Assembly: GCA_002709695.1 (NCBI GenBank)
Contig: PAQF01000079.1
Coordinates: forward strand, 4,448-68,447
DNA from: Candidatus Poribacteria bacterium
Lineage (GTDB): Bacteria; Poribacteria; WGA-4E; UBA9662
Reading direction: 5' to 3'
DNA: 64,000 nucleotides
A program made the position numbers and the translations under genes. Below the pieces are notes generated by a model that was not told the origin of the DNA, did no database searches, and worked only from the letters and a program-made list of their open reading frames with translations. This document shows, piece by piece, positions 48,871-58,958 of this stretch (within the stretch, counting starts at the first letter, position 1; every line of letters starts with the position of its first letter).

Positions 48871-48975
48871 GAATTCAACTCTCACTAACTTTGGCATTCT
48901 ATCACAATTGCGGTTTCGAGGTAAAGCGATGAGGTATTGGTAGGAATCGATCACACTAATTGGGCGCATAGCCCC
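48871..48975 (+). repeat. R1-family repeat, copy B (overlaps the flagellin-downstream homology block)
   Basis: gaattcaactct ... attctatcacaattgcggt (48896-48914) ... gaggtattggtaggaatcgatcacactaattgggcgcatag. Confidence 0.7.
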
Positions 48976-49025
48976 CCAAAGCAGAGGGGTTGTCGTCTCA
49001 ACTAGACTTAGTAGTAGGTTCAAGC

Positions 49026-49380
49026 TTATTTCAAGAGTTCCAAGACATTCTGCGAGATAGCTGATGCTTGGGAAAGCATGGCCGTCGCTGATTTTAGCCA
49101 GAATCTGGTTTTTAGCTAGATCCGCTGTTTCAGCGACAAAGTTCGCATCTTCTATGCTTGATCGTGAGGCCTCAATGTTCTGAATATTGCTGCTCAGGTT
49201 GGATATGGTGAACTACATCAGTAGCAGGAGCTATTCTAGCATCATCGATGATGGCAACATGTGTGGTATTCTGGACGTTAAAGGTGAAATCGTTACCATC
49301 AAGTTGAGCATAAACTTGTTTTAGTTCGATGTTGATGTTATTCCCAATCGAGATCGAAATTGAAGAAAGCTAAAGCCCTT
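49026..49380 (-). pseudogene. Flagellin 3'-half pseudogene (frameshifted, no N-terminal part)
   Basis: The minus strand reads ISISIGNNINIELKQVYAQLDGNDFTFNVQNTTHVAIIDDARIAPATDV, then FTISNLSSNIQNIEASRSSIEDANFVAETADLAKNQIL. After a 1-nt frame change it reads SATAMLSQASAISQNVLELLK* (stop at 49026-49028). Confidence 0.75.
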
Positions 49381-49420
49381 ACAAATGTGTATTTCCTTAG
49401 ACTCATAGCAAAAAAACTCC

Positions 49421-49462
49421 ATTAAGATATAATGATTCAAAATTGAATCATTATATCTTAAT
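49421..49462 (-). terminator. Long perfect hairpin followed by a T-run on the minus strand
   Basis: attaagatataatgattcaa-aa-ttgaatcattatatcttaat has 20-nt perfect arms. On the minus strand it is followed by GGAGTTTTTTTGC. Confidence 0.45.
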
Positions 49463-49501
49463 ATTGTGAAAGCGCTAAGATCAGCCGGCTAATTCCTGCT
49501 A

Positions 49502-49708
49502 TGGGTACAGCAAAATGATGCGGCAACCTATGCCAAATGGGCAGGCAAACGGTTACCAAAGGAAGCGAAATGGGAGTATGCTGTTCATGGGGGATTGAGT
49601 GGCAAATGATATTCGCGAGGTGATTATCCTCCCAGTGGGAAACAGGCTGACTTTGCCGACAAAAATGTGAATCAGTATCTTAGAGACTTGGACCCAAACT
49701 TTGACTGA
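49502..49708 (+). pseudogene. Formylglycine-generating enzyme (FGE/SUMF1-type) fragment
   Basis: Reads [54 protein letters not shown], against the FGE pattern W.DA.AYC.WAGKRLPTEAEWEYAARGG...YPWGD. An in-frame TGA lies at 49607-49609. Only about 70 codons remain. Confidence 0.65.
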
Positions 49709-49817
49709 TCAACATCCTGCGGCGTGGAACAACAGCAACAGTTACTGTACGTGGCTTGAGGTTGGCTATGAAAGCTCTAGACACTGAGAAAGAATCGCCG
49801 TTTACAGAAAGGACTTT

Positions 49818-51389
49818 ATGAACACAACCAGCAAACCCAACATTATTTTTTTTATGGTCGATCAGATGGGAGCCAAATGGCTGGAAGCGGCCATGAACGG
49901 CATCTGCGACCTACCGAATCTAAGACGCATCCAGAGCATGGGCGTAACATTCACCAATGCCTTCTCCAACAACCCAGTCTGCTGTCCGGCTCGAGCGGGC
50001 ATTGCCACGGGGCTGACCAGCCGCGGCCACGGCCTGCTCTCTAATGGCTACCGGCTTAATCCCGACATCCCTACCTTCATGAAGACACTGCAGACGGCTG
50101 GTTGGCGAACTGGCGCATTTGGCAAAATTCACTTTTATCCCTTTGACTCGGAATACTACCCGTACCCAGACTACCGGGAGTATGGCTGGGACGTTGTCCA
50201 TACTACCGAGGACAACCGGACCGGCGAGTGGCACGACTGGATTGAAAAGAAGCATCCGGAACACTATGAGGCGATGCTGGCGACCCCAGCGAACTGGAAT
50301 GCTCAGTTGCCATATTACAGTACCTATGGCGAAGAAAAGGTAAACTTGACCGATAGAATGCGCCGGGCAAAGGAAAAGATGGTATGGTCTAAAGAAGACG
50401 ACGGAGGGAATAAAACCCTAACCGAAGGCTACTATCCTCTGCCTTTCCCGGAAGAGATCTCCCAAACCAACTGGATCACCGACCGAGCTCTAGACTTCAT
50501 CAACGAAACATCCATGGATCAACCCCTCTACACTCATATCAGCTATGTACAGCCCCATCCCCCGTTTCATCCACCGGAGCGATTCCTAGAGATGGTCAAC
50601 GAGGATCTCATCCCTGACCCTGCCGGTTACGGCACAAACCACTGGAATGAGCTTGACAGACTGCCAAACTGGCGCTACTATCGCAAGCTCTACTTCGCCG
50701 ATTTTATCCACATCGACGAACAGATCGGCCGTATTCTCGAGCGACTGGAACAGACCGATAGGATGGAGAACAGCTATTTTGTCTTCGTATCCGATCACGG
50801 CGAAATGCTCATGGACCACAATAGGGGAGGCAAGTCTGCCAATCATTATGATGCCGTTATCCGCATTCCACTGATCATCACAGGTCCCGACATGAAAACA
50901 GGATATGTCTGCAACGAATTTGTTCAACACGAAGATATCTGCCCAACTGTACTTGATATGGACAATTCTCTCCTCACTAATCATCCACGAACATTAGTTA
51001 GACATAAAATGGGCACAGGAATGCCTCTATTTTCCGGCCGTTCCCTTATGCCTCTGTGCAGAGGAGAGGAGGTGTCAGAATGGAGAACATCCGCCTTCTC
51101 AGAGTCGTTTGGTTATTTGTGCGAAGGTCCTGATTGTGATGCTATCGTCAAGCATCCCTGGAAGAAGACCTTGCGAACAAAAGACTTCCGCTATTCTGTG
51201 TCGTCGGGGCGTGACGATGGGGAAGAACTCTTTGACTTGAGAACGGATCCAGACGAATTGGAGAATCTTGTATATGCACCTGCCTACCAAGAAGCCCGGC
51301 AGAATTTGAAGAACGAGATGTTGCACCGGGTCATGCTTCAGGACTACCCTCTGCCACCGCGGGATCTGCTAGTGATAGGGGCTCATTAA
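49818..51389 (+). CDS. Cys-type sulfatase
   Basis: Contains NIIFFMVDQMG, NNPVCCPARAGIATG (CxPxR) and SDHGEML. 523 aa, GC-rich, no obvious signal peptide. Confidence 0.9.
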   Translation: MNTTSKPNIIFFMVDQMGAKWLEAAMNGICDLPNLRRIQSMGVTFTNAFSNNPVCCPARAGIATGLTSRGHGLLSNGYRLNPDIPTFMKTLQTAGWRTGAFGKIHFYPFDSEYYPYPDYREYGWDVVHTTEDNRTGEWHDWIEKKHPEHYEAMLATPANWNAQLPYYSTYGEEKVNLTDRMRRAKEKMVWSKEDDGGNKTLTEGYYPLPFPEEISQTNWITDRALDFINETSMDQPLYTHISYVQPHPPFHPPERFLEMVNEDLIPDPAGYGTNHWNELDRLPNWRYYRKLYFADFIHIDEQIGRILERLEQTDRMENSYFVFVSDHGEMLMDHNRGGKSANHYDAVIRIPLIITGPDMKTGYVCNEFVQHEDICPTVLDMDNSLLTNHPRTLVRHKMGTGMPLFSGRSLMPLCRGEEVSEWRTSAFSESFGYLCEGPDCDAIVKHPWKKTLRTKDFRYSVSSGRDDGEELFDLRTDPDELENLVYAPAYQEARQNLKNEMLHRVMLQDYPLPPRDLLVIGAH

Positions 51390-52011
51390 AATGCTGATCA
51401 ATACCAGGCGATGGGCCGCAATTTCGACGATTCTATACACGTTGTTATCCTCTAGAAGGATTGCAGTATTTTAAAAAACCCACATCTTTACATCCATTTC
51501 GTTATGTCTGATATGCTTTGCTTATGCAAAAGATATGCCTGAGATGCAGAATACTAAAAAAACGAGTAAACATACCTTGCCAACCAATTTCAAACATCGT
51601 AGTTATGGGTTAATTTTCATGTTCTTTATCTTTAAATTGTCGCTCATGCTTTGAGAATCTAATATTTTTTTGACTAAATGAATTTCATGAGTTAATGATT
51701 ATACTGTCCAGATGAAATTTAAAAAGTTCAACTGGACATCATCAGAAACACAAGCACTGTTTTTTTTAGACTTTCAACTTTCAGCAAAGGAACCTGAATA
51801 GGCGTCATCATTATTTCATATGTAATCTGGAATACAGTTTCCAAAACGCCATTCCTAACATCACTTCAGCCTATACCAATAATGACTAATATCACACACT
51901 CAAGGACAAAAGACAAACCAATATCCTAAGATATTGGTTATTTCGATATTTATTTTTTCTGTTTTTATTTGGTTATCAAGCAAAGGACATATAATATACC
52001 AGAAACTGGAG

Positions 52012-52230
52012 ATGGAAAACCTAATCGAAAATTTAAACAACAAAAAGCCTGATGTACGTGCGTCTGTAGCATTTGCATTAGGACAGATGAGGATACAATC
52101 AGAACAGGCAATTCCTCTGTTAGCACAAGCATTGGGTTGTCCCAAATGCAACATAAGGAGCTGTTCGTCTTAATATGGCAGAAGCATTCGGTAATATTAT
52201 CTGCAGTAATGCAACCAAGTAAATTTTATC
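52012..52230 (+). pseudogene. HEAT-repeat (PBS-lyase-type) fragment
   Basis: Reads MENLIENLNNKKPDVRASVAFALGQMRIQSEQAIPLLAQALG. A second repeat (GAVRLNMAEAFGNI) is readable only in another frame after a stop. Confidence 0.3.
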
Positions 52231-52260
52231 AACCAGAAATTTGCAATCAATGATAGAAAA

Positions 52261-54588
52261 ATGAGACTCTCATCTTCCTGTACTTCGATCCTAAATGCTT
52301 CTTATTTTCAATTACTATCATCCCTAATATTATTGGTATTATCAATTTATCAACCTGTCAAGGGACTAGCAGAAGATAAGCCAAAATCCTTTCTAAATGG
52401 TACTGTACGCGATCAAACCACCCAGCAAGCCATTGCCACAGCTACTATCACAGTTATCGGACAACCAAACAAGAACGCTACCAGTAATGAGAAAGGTTCA
52501 TTCTCTTTGCAAATGCCCATTGGTACCTATTCGATTCAGGTATCTCATCCTAGTTATAAAACTATTGTCAAAACTGATATCGTTGCAACAGCTGTGCGAG
52601 TACGACCACTAACAATCGAGTTAAGGCCTTTAATCTTTCAACTTGAAAGTGTAAACGCAACAACCAATTTCTTTCTACATAGACCAGATATCTCAACTAG
52701 TGCTCACAATTTTAATTTCGCAGAAGTGCGACGGTCAGCTGGCGGTTTTGAAGATATACACCGAGCTATGCGTTCAGTGCCAGGAGTTACATCTGCTTCT
52801 GACAATCTTAATGCTTTGGTTGTGCGAGGAGGACATCCTAGGGAAAACCTAACCTTACTCGACGGTATTGAAATCCCTAATAGTAACCATTATGGAGAAC
52901 CAGGTTCTGCCAGCGGCGGGATTAGCATGATAAACCTAGATTTTGTGCGTGAATCTAACTTTTATACAGGGGGTTTTTCCTCAAAATATGGGGATAAGCT
53001 ATCTTCTGTAATGGACATTAAACTTCGAGAAGGCAATCGCGATCGGATCCAAGCCGACATTAATGCTGGCTTTGCTGGCTTTGGCGCCATGCTGGAAGGT
53101 CCCTTTCCTAATCGTCAAGGCAGTTGGATGGCTTCCTGGCGCCGAAGTTACTTCGATTTGTTAATGGATTTAGTCCCTGATTCATTTGGTGGTACAACGG
53201 CTATACCTAACTACAGCAATTTCCAAACTAAAGTAACTTACGATTTAACTCCAACTAATCTTTTGTCTATGATCAGCCTAGGTGGAATCGATCAGATACG
53301 AATTATGAGTTCCGATGATCCCTTAAGCCGGGGAACTAGTTCTGCCTATCGAGACTCTTACCAATATACGCTCGGATTCAACTGGAGGTGGCTGTTTGCT
53401 GAAAAAGGATACTCAAACCTTACGTTGGCACACTCTTGTTATCAATATATGATCGATGTAGGTGATTCCAAAGGAGCTAAAGCATTTACCAGCGATACGT
53501 TAGAAGGAGAGACACAACTAAAAGGCGAAATCAACTACGATCTTGCCCCTCAACATCAGGTAATACTTGGCACCTCTACTAAATTGGTCAACCTCAACCA
53601 CAAATTCAACTCCAGAGGCATAGATGTTTACAATAACGAAACAGGCCGGGTTGTACAGATTGGAAATCTTGACATTGACCAAAAAGAAAGAACTTACAAA
53701 GCCAATGGTTATTTGCACTATACTCTTCGACCAATACAAACACTAGATATCAAACTTGGAGCTCGTACGGACTACTATAATTTGACAAAGCAAAGGCATT
53801 TGAGTCCACGCCTAGGCTGGAGCTATCAACTGACGACTACAACTCAGCTCAATATTGCCTATGGTACTTATTATCAGACTCCTGCTTATTTTTTTATGAT
53901 GTGGGATAAACAAAATCGTAACCTGCAAGATCTAAAAGCAACTCACTACATTCTAGGAATAGAACATTTCTATGCTAAAGACTTGCGATTCAGCATAGAA
54001 ACATACCGTAAGAACTATGACGATTACCCTATCTCAAATTTAGAAGGAGCGACTACCTTTTCCAACAACGGTTCTGGATTGGTGCAGGGAATTGATCTCC
54101 TTTTGCAAAAGAAATTATCAAAAAAACTATATGGACGAGTTAGTTATACTTATTCTGTAGCTCGTTTTGAAAGCCCTGAGCTTGGTGAATTCGATTGGGA
54201 TTTTGATATCCGCCATGTCGCCAGTATAAATGGTGGTTATAAGATATCGGAGCACCTCGAGTTTAGCCTTCAATGGCGATATATATCGGGAAAACCATAT
54301 ACACCAATTACAGGTAGTTTTGAGCTTGTTCCAAATTCAGGTGATTGGGAACCAATCTATGCTGATGCTGCAAATTCTGGTCGTTTGGATGATTATCATG
54401 CCCTAGATTTTCGAATAGATAGGAGGTTTCATTTTACCCATTGGAATCTCGTTACTTACCTCGACATTTCTAACCTATACAATCGCAAAAATATTTGGTC
54501 AATTGAATGGGTTAAGCAAAAAAATCAAACAAGGAAAACTTACGGATTAGGCATAACACCAATCGCTGGGTTTCATATCGAATTTTGA
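52261..54588 (+). CDS. TonB-dependent receptor with N-terminal carboxypeptidase-regulatory-like domain
   Basis: Signal peptide and a CarbopepD_reg-like GTVRDQTTQQAIATATITV ... GTYSIQVSHPSYK. This is followed by a plug-like region, a long beta-barrel pattern and a C-terminal GFHIEF. Confidence 0.8.
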   Translation: MRLSSSCTSILNASYFQLLSSLILLVLSIYQPVKGLAEDKPKSFLNGTVRDQTTQQAIATATITVIGQPNKNATSNEKGSFSLQMPIGTYSIQVSHPSYKTIVKTDIVATAVRVRPLTIELRPLIFQLESVNATTNFFLHRPDISTSAHNFNFAEVRRSAGGFEDIHRAMRSVPGVTSASDNLNALVVRGGHPRENLTLLDGIEIPNSNHYGEPGSASGGISMINLDFVRESNFYTGGFSSKYGDKLSSVMDIKLREGNRDRIQADINAGFAGFGAMLEGPFPNRQGSWMASWRRSYFDLLMDLVPDSFGGTTAIPNYSNFQTKVTYDLTPTNLLSMISLGGIDQIRIMSSDDPLSRGTSSAYRDSYQYTLGFNWRWLFAEKGYSNLTLAHSCYQYMIDVGDSKGAKAFTSDTLEGETQLKGEINYDLAPQHQVILGTSTKLVNLNHKFNSRGIDVYNNETGRVVQIGNLDIDQKERTYKANGYLHYTLRPIQTLDIKLGARTDYYNLTKQRHLSPRLGWSYQLTTTTQLNIAYGTYYQTPAYFFMMWDKQNRNLQDLKATHYILGIEHFYAKDLRFSIETYRKNYDDYPISNLEGATTFSNNGSGLVQGIDLLLQKKLSKKLYGRVSYTYSVARFESPELGEFDWDFDIRHVASINGGYKISEHLEFSLQWRYISGKPYTPITGSFELVPNSGDWEPIYADAANSGRLDDYHALDFRIDRRFHFTHWNLVTYLDISNLYNRKNIWSIEWVKQKNQTRKTYGLGITPIAGFHIEF

Positions 54589-54810
54589 TCCATTTTGGCA
54601 TCGGAAGGTTGGTACTCTATGTATCATCACAGACCAATAAACCACACTTTTGTAACAAATAATTCATGCCTAAAATAAGCATATAAGTTTGTTACTTAAA
54701 ATTAGGAACGGATGGTTCTGCGGAAATTCGATAAAAGCAGACAAACACAATATGGTTTGTTTAATCTACTTTGGAATCCATGCTTTCAGATATAGGACGT
54801 TACTTAGTAC

Positions 54811-55617
54811 TTAGTTAGAAGATATAATTCGGTCAAAGACGATTTTGCCAGTAGATCTACATATACAAACTATTCGACTTACACCACTTAGCGTATCAGC
54901 ACCAGTTGGTAACACATGCATAAACCAGAAATTCTCACCATAATCAGAAGATGTAAGGGTATCTTCTTCCATCAATTCTTGAGTAAAAAACGGCTTGAAT
55001 TGATCTTCTGTGAGCGATGAAACTAACTCTTCTGTAATTAACTCAGTGTTAATTTTCCAACCACAATCAACAAACCACACACCCATACATTTAGAATCGC
55101 CAGAGTTTAGATGGGCTCGGACGATTTTGATAGCTTGGTCTTTCGAAAGTTCTGCGGTTATCGACGAATATAGCAAAATAAATAATTTCTTCTTGAGTCG
55201 TGAAAATTCCTGTTCGACAAATGTCAATAACGTCTTAGAAGTTTCCCGCTGAAGAATTTCAGGAGAGAGTATTGGGTCTGTTTCCGCACCAACCTGTGCA
55301 GGAGACGCCAATCCACGCTTCAAAAAACCAAACCCCCTAGAAGGAGAACTAATTCTATCCATGAGTTTCTGTCTTACCCGTCGCTTGGCGTCGATCGAGG
55401 GAGTAAAAACTTCGTGTGTGTCAAATTTGTATTTTTGACATGCAAATTCAACAATGTCTCTTAATTTATCCCAATCACTTGACTCTTCCAATAGTTGGAG
55501 ATATTTATGGTTTTTTCCTGGAAGCTTTTCACCTTGAACCCAACGAGTATAAACTTCCAGTGCTTCTGCTTGATCGACCTCATTTTCAAGATTCGGAATG
55601 TATGGTTTGAAAAACAT
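54811..55617 (-). CDS. Hypothetical protein
   Basis: 268-aa ORF about 100 nt downstream of the SBP gene on the same strand. No motif recognised. Confidence 0.4.
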   Translation of the reverse strand: MFFKPYIPNLENEVDQAEALEVYTRWVQGEKLPGKNHKYLQLLEESSDWDKLRDIVEFACQKYKFDTHEVFTPSIDAKRRVRQKLMDRISSPSRGFGFLKRGLASPAQVGAETDPILSPEILQRETSKTLLTFVEQEFSRLKKKLFILLYSSITAELSKDQAIKIVRAHLNSGDSKCMGVWFVDCGWKINTELITEELVSSLTEDQFKPFFTQELMEEDTLTSSDYGENFWFMHVLPTGADTLSGVSRIVCICRSTGKIVFDRIISSN

Positions 55618-55720
55618 AAGTTAGCATTACCCACAGTTAAAGAAGCATCTCTTGTTTCAGATAAGGGAAACGATGAATTGTGGAATTGGGTTCCAATTTC
55701 TTTTTAGAGTTAAGTGTAGC

Positions 55721-57469
55721 TCAACGATGGTTTTTTCGCAATCTGTGGATAATCTGGTGGGTACTCATCCACCAAGTCGCAGGATGATTGAAATTATTTT
55801 CTTCCGTCGGCCATCCAACCCAGTAAGTCGTATCAAATGGCACGAGTTTTCGAGCTTGCGTAATAGGAATAACAACCTGCTGATTCATAAAAATCTTCAT
55901 TGCTTCAACAAATAATGGCTCAATTGCTGAATCGTTCAATGGCAGGATCCCTATTTTCTCGACTATTTTGCTGTATTTATCAGCTTGATTTCCACTCCAA
56001 CGCACAAAATTATTATTACCAGGTGTCCGACTTCCAATAGGTCGATAGAACTGTTTAGTATAACGATTCATTGAAAACCATGGTTCATTGACTGAACCAC
56101 ACGCATCCCAGTCTAAAACAGCTTCAAAGTTGCCAAAGGCCTTATTCTCATCCCAGGTGGAACCAGCAATAGATCGAGTTGTTGCATTAATGCCCGCGAC
56201 ACGAAACTGTTCCACTACGACTTCTGCAATTCGACGTTTCTCTATGGCAGGTTCCCATGTTTGAATGTCCAACGAGAGTTCTTTGCCATCTTTCTTATAA
56301 AATCCATCTTTATTTAACTCCCACCCCTGTGATTCAATTAAAGCTTGCCCCATCCTTATGTTACTCTCTTGATCAATCCAAAGATGCTGTATAGCATCAA
56401 TATAAGACTCCATAGTTTTGTACTCAACGAATATAGTCTTAGATGGTACAGAAGTGCCTTCATATGCAATGTCAACCACTTGTTGACGATCAATTAGCAG
56501 ACTCAAAGCACGTCTCATATCTGGTTGACTCCATGGTTCGACCAAATGGTTGACAGACAACTGCCTTGGGCACGGATCTAACCAAATATAAGGCATTTGA
56601 CTCTGCCAAGCAATGATGTTCGGATTCATGGCACGAATGGCTTCAAATGCTCCCAGCGTAATATCACTTAAGCTGTCAATCTGACTATCAATTGCAAGCA
56701 TAGACCTGTTTTCTTCTGACCCAGTCACAGTCCATATCAGTCGTTTTGGAATAGGCATATCCTTAAAACCAACCTTAGTTCCCCACCAAGTTTCATATCT
56801 ATCGTAAACAAACTCATTTTCACTTGCTTTAACTAACTGATACGGTCCTGTACCTAATGGCCATCCCTTTTTAGGTTCATAGAAATCAAAGGTAAACGGA
56901 TCTTGACCCTTCCACACATGTTCAGGCAGGATGACAATGCTCCCCCCAACACGAACTGAAAAATAATCTAATTGGAACCGTGGGTTTGGTTCTCTTAGAT
57001 TAAACTGCACAGTAAGATCATCGATCTTTTGAACACTGTCAACCCATTGTTGCATATTAGCAGCATCATTTAAAGATTGGGACTCATCGTTTAAAAGCAA
57101 ATTTATGGTCATCTCAACATCGTCAGCATCAAAGGCTTCGCCATCAGCCCAAAGGACCCCTCGACGAATAGTGAGTGTCCAGATATCAAGATTCGGATTA
57201 GGTACGAAACTTGTACCCAACCAAGATTCAATTTCCCCCGTCTCATAGTTAAGGATAAAAAGTGGTTCCCACACAGCCTGATGCATCCCTTGGCCACGCC
57301 GAACCCCAGGCACCAAGCAATTGAAGTTAAGTGGGTTGGAAATCACCCAACTGGCGTCAAATATAACCGTATTTTGACGGGAAATATCATCCATAGAGTA
57401 GCCAGCAAAAGAAATGAGAATACTACTCATCAGAACAAATCCTAAAACAACAGAAATACGGTGTTTCAT
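55721..57469 (-). CDS. ABC transporter substrate-binding protein, family 5 (peptide/nickel/oligosaccharide type)
   Basis: Signal peptide and VLWADGEAFDADDVEMTI (family-5 signature region). 582 aa. Confidence 0.75.
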   Translation of the reverse strand: MKHRISVVLGFVLMSSILISFAGYSMDDISRQNTVIFDASWVISNPLNFNCLVPGVRRGQGMHQAVWEPLFILNYETGEIESWLGTSFVPNPNLDIWTLTIRRGVLWADGEAFDADDVEMTINLLLNDESQSLNDAANMQQWVDSVQKIDDLTVQFNLREPNPRFQLDYFSVRVGGSIVILPEHVWKGQDPFTFDFYEPKKGWPLGTGPYQLVKASENEFVYDRYETWWGTKVGFKDMPIPKRLIWTVTGSEENRSMLAIDSQIDSLSDITLGAFEAIRAMNPNIIAWQSQMPYIWLDPCPRQLSVNHLVEPWSQPDMRRALSLLIDRQQVVDIAYEGTSVPSKTIFVEYKTMESYIDAIQHLWIDQESNIRMGQALIESQGWELNKDGFYKKDGKELSLDIQTWEPAIEKRRIAEVVVEQFRVAGINATTRSIAGSTWDENKAFGNFEAVLDWDACGSVNEPWFSMNRYTKQFYRPIGSRTPGNNNFVRWSGNQADKYSKIVEKIGILPLNDSAIEPLFVEAMKIFMNQQVVIPITQARKLVPFDTTYWVGWPTEENNFNHPATWWMSTHQIIHRLRKNHR

Positions 57470-57782
57470 AAGCAGTTAACCCCTAAACCTGAAGATACTA
57501 ACCTTTTCTTTAATTGACCATAAACGTGATAAACAGTAGAATCGCATCAAATCCCGAAATAAAGTATGCTAGTCAAGACGACAGCAACCATTGCATCCGA
57601 TTTTCTGGAGAGAAATGTGCTGCCTAACTAGTTCGGCTCCTACTAAATTGTCTCCTAGACAGTATATCGCAAAATCAAATGGGCTGGATATACTATTTTC
57701 TGAGCACATATTATTCCAACCACTGTGAAGTAAACCAAATTAGCGTAATGATCTACTTCATAGATAATAAAAGGCAAATTAA

Positions 57783-58664
57783 ATGATTATCGATGCACAT
57801 CAGCACGTTTACTACCATAACCTAACTCCAAAAGGGGTAATTGCAGAAATGGACACATTTGGTATCGACGTCACCTGGTTATTAACGTGGTATCTACCAT
57901 CATCAGAAGATGTCCCTTCTACCCATGAAGCGTTTAACCCTTTGAATTTCCGATCAGATGGCACACATGCTGGATCCATACTTAGTGAGGTGTTACAAGC
58001 CAGGGATGATTATCCTGATCGCTTCGTAGCGGGATATTGCCCATGCCCTTCCGAAGGTAGGGCATCTGAGCTATTTGAAACTGCTTATCATATGCATGGT
58101 GTCAGGGTTTGTGGAGAGTGGAGTTACCGGATGTTGCTGGATGATCCACGCGCCTTAGAACTCTTCCGAACCGCGGGCAAGCTGAAATGTCCAGTAATAT
58201 TGCACATGGATGCACCATATCTGCCAAACGAAAATGGTAGCCAAGTTTATCAAATCAACTGGTATGGTGGTGGAATTGGAGCCCTGGAACGCACGTTACA
58301 GAATTGTCCCGAAACCATCTTTGTTGGACACGCCCCTGGTTTTTGGCGCTACATCAGTGGTGATGCTGAGCAAGATCCAAACACCTATCCAAAAGGTAAG
58401 ATTGTTCATGGAGGTGAAGTTCAGCGACTGCTAGACACATACTCTAACCTTTACGCCGATTTATCAGCTGGATCAGGTTTAGGGGCAATCAGACGTGATC
58501 CAGAGTATGGGCGAAAGTTTATTATCCATTATTCAGATCGTCTGCTTTTCGGTCGTGACGCTCCTGGGCAGGAGCTTCAGACTTTCCTTCCAACACTCAA
58601 TCTTCCGTTGGAAGTCAGCAACCAGGTGTTTTTTCAAAATTCACTGAAGTTAGTTCCTTTTTAA
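57783..58664 (+). CDS. Amidohydrolase-2 family metal-dependent hydrolase (TIM barrel)
   Basis: N-terminus MIIDAHQHV (HxH metal site), plus HMD and GHAPG, with a late D in FGRDAP. Confidence 0.7.
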   Translation: MIIDAHQHVYYHNLTPKGVIAEMDTFGIDVTWLLTWYLPSSEDVPSTHEAFNPLNFRSDGTHAGSILSEVLQARDDYPDRFVAGYCPCPSEGRASELFETAYHMHGVRVCGEWSYRMLLDDPRALELFRTAGKLKCPVILHMDAPYLPNENGSQVYQINWYGGGIGALERTLQNCPETIFVGHAPGFWRYISGDAEQDPNTYPKGKIVHGGEVQRLLDTYSNLYADLSAGSGLGAIRRDPEYGRKFIIHYSDRLLFGRDAPGQELQTFLPTLNLPLEVSNQVFFQNSLKLVPF

Positions 58665-58958
58665 TCATTTAGATAACACAAATCAAAACCAAAATAAATA
58701 TGTGGATATCCCATGCCTACGTTATAGACTTAATGCCTTCGCTTTACCTCAAGACAATAGTCGTAATAGAATAACTTATCTGAATTCTCAGTATATCGAG
58801 CGATTCGGTCTTATGTTTGTTTGTCGCTACTCAACGGTACGAGTCAACAATCAAATGGATGACATTTCAACGTTGTCGCTTATAGAAGTTACATCCACAT
58901 CGTAGGAAAAAGGTGGGGAGTGGACTAAGGTTGAAGTTGCAAAGGAAAGGAGAAACAC

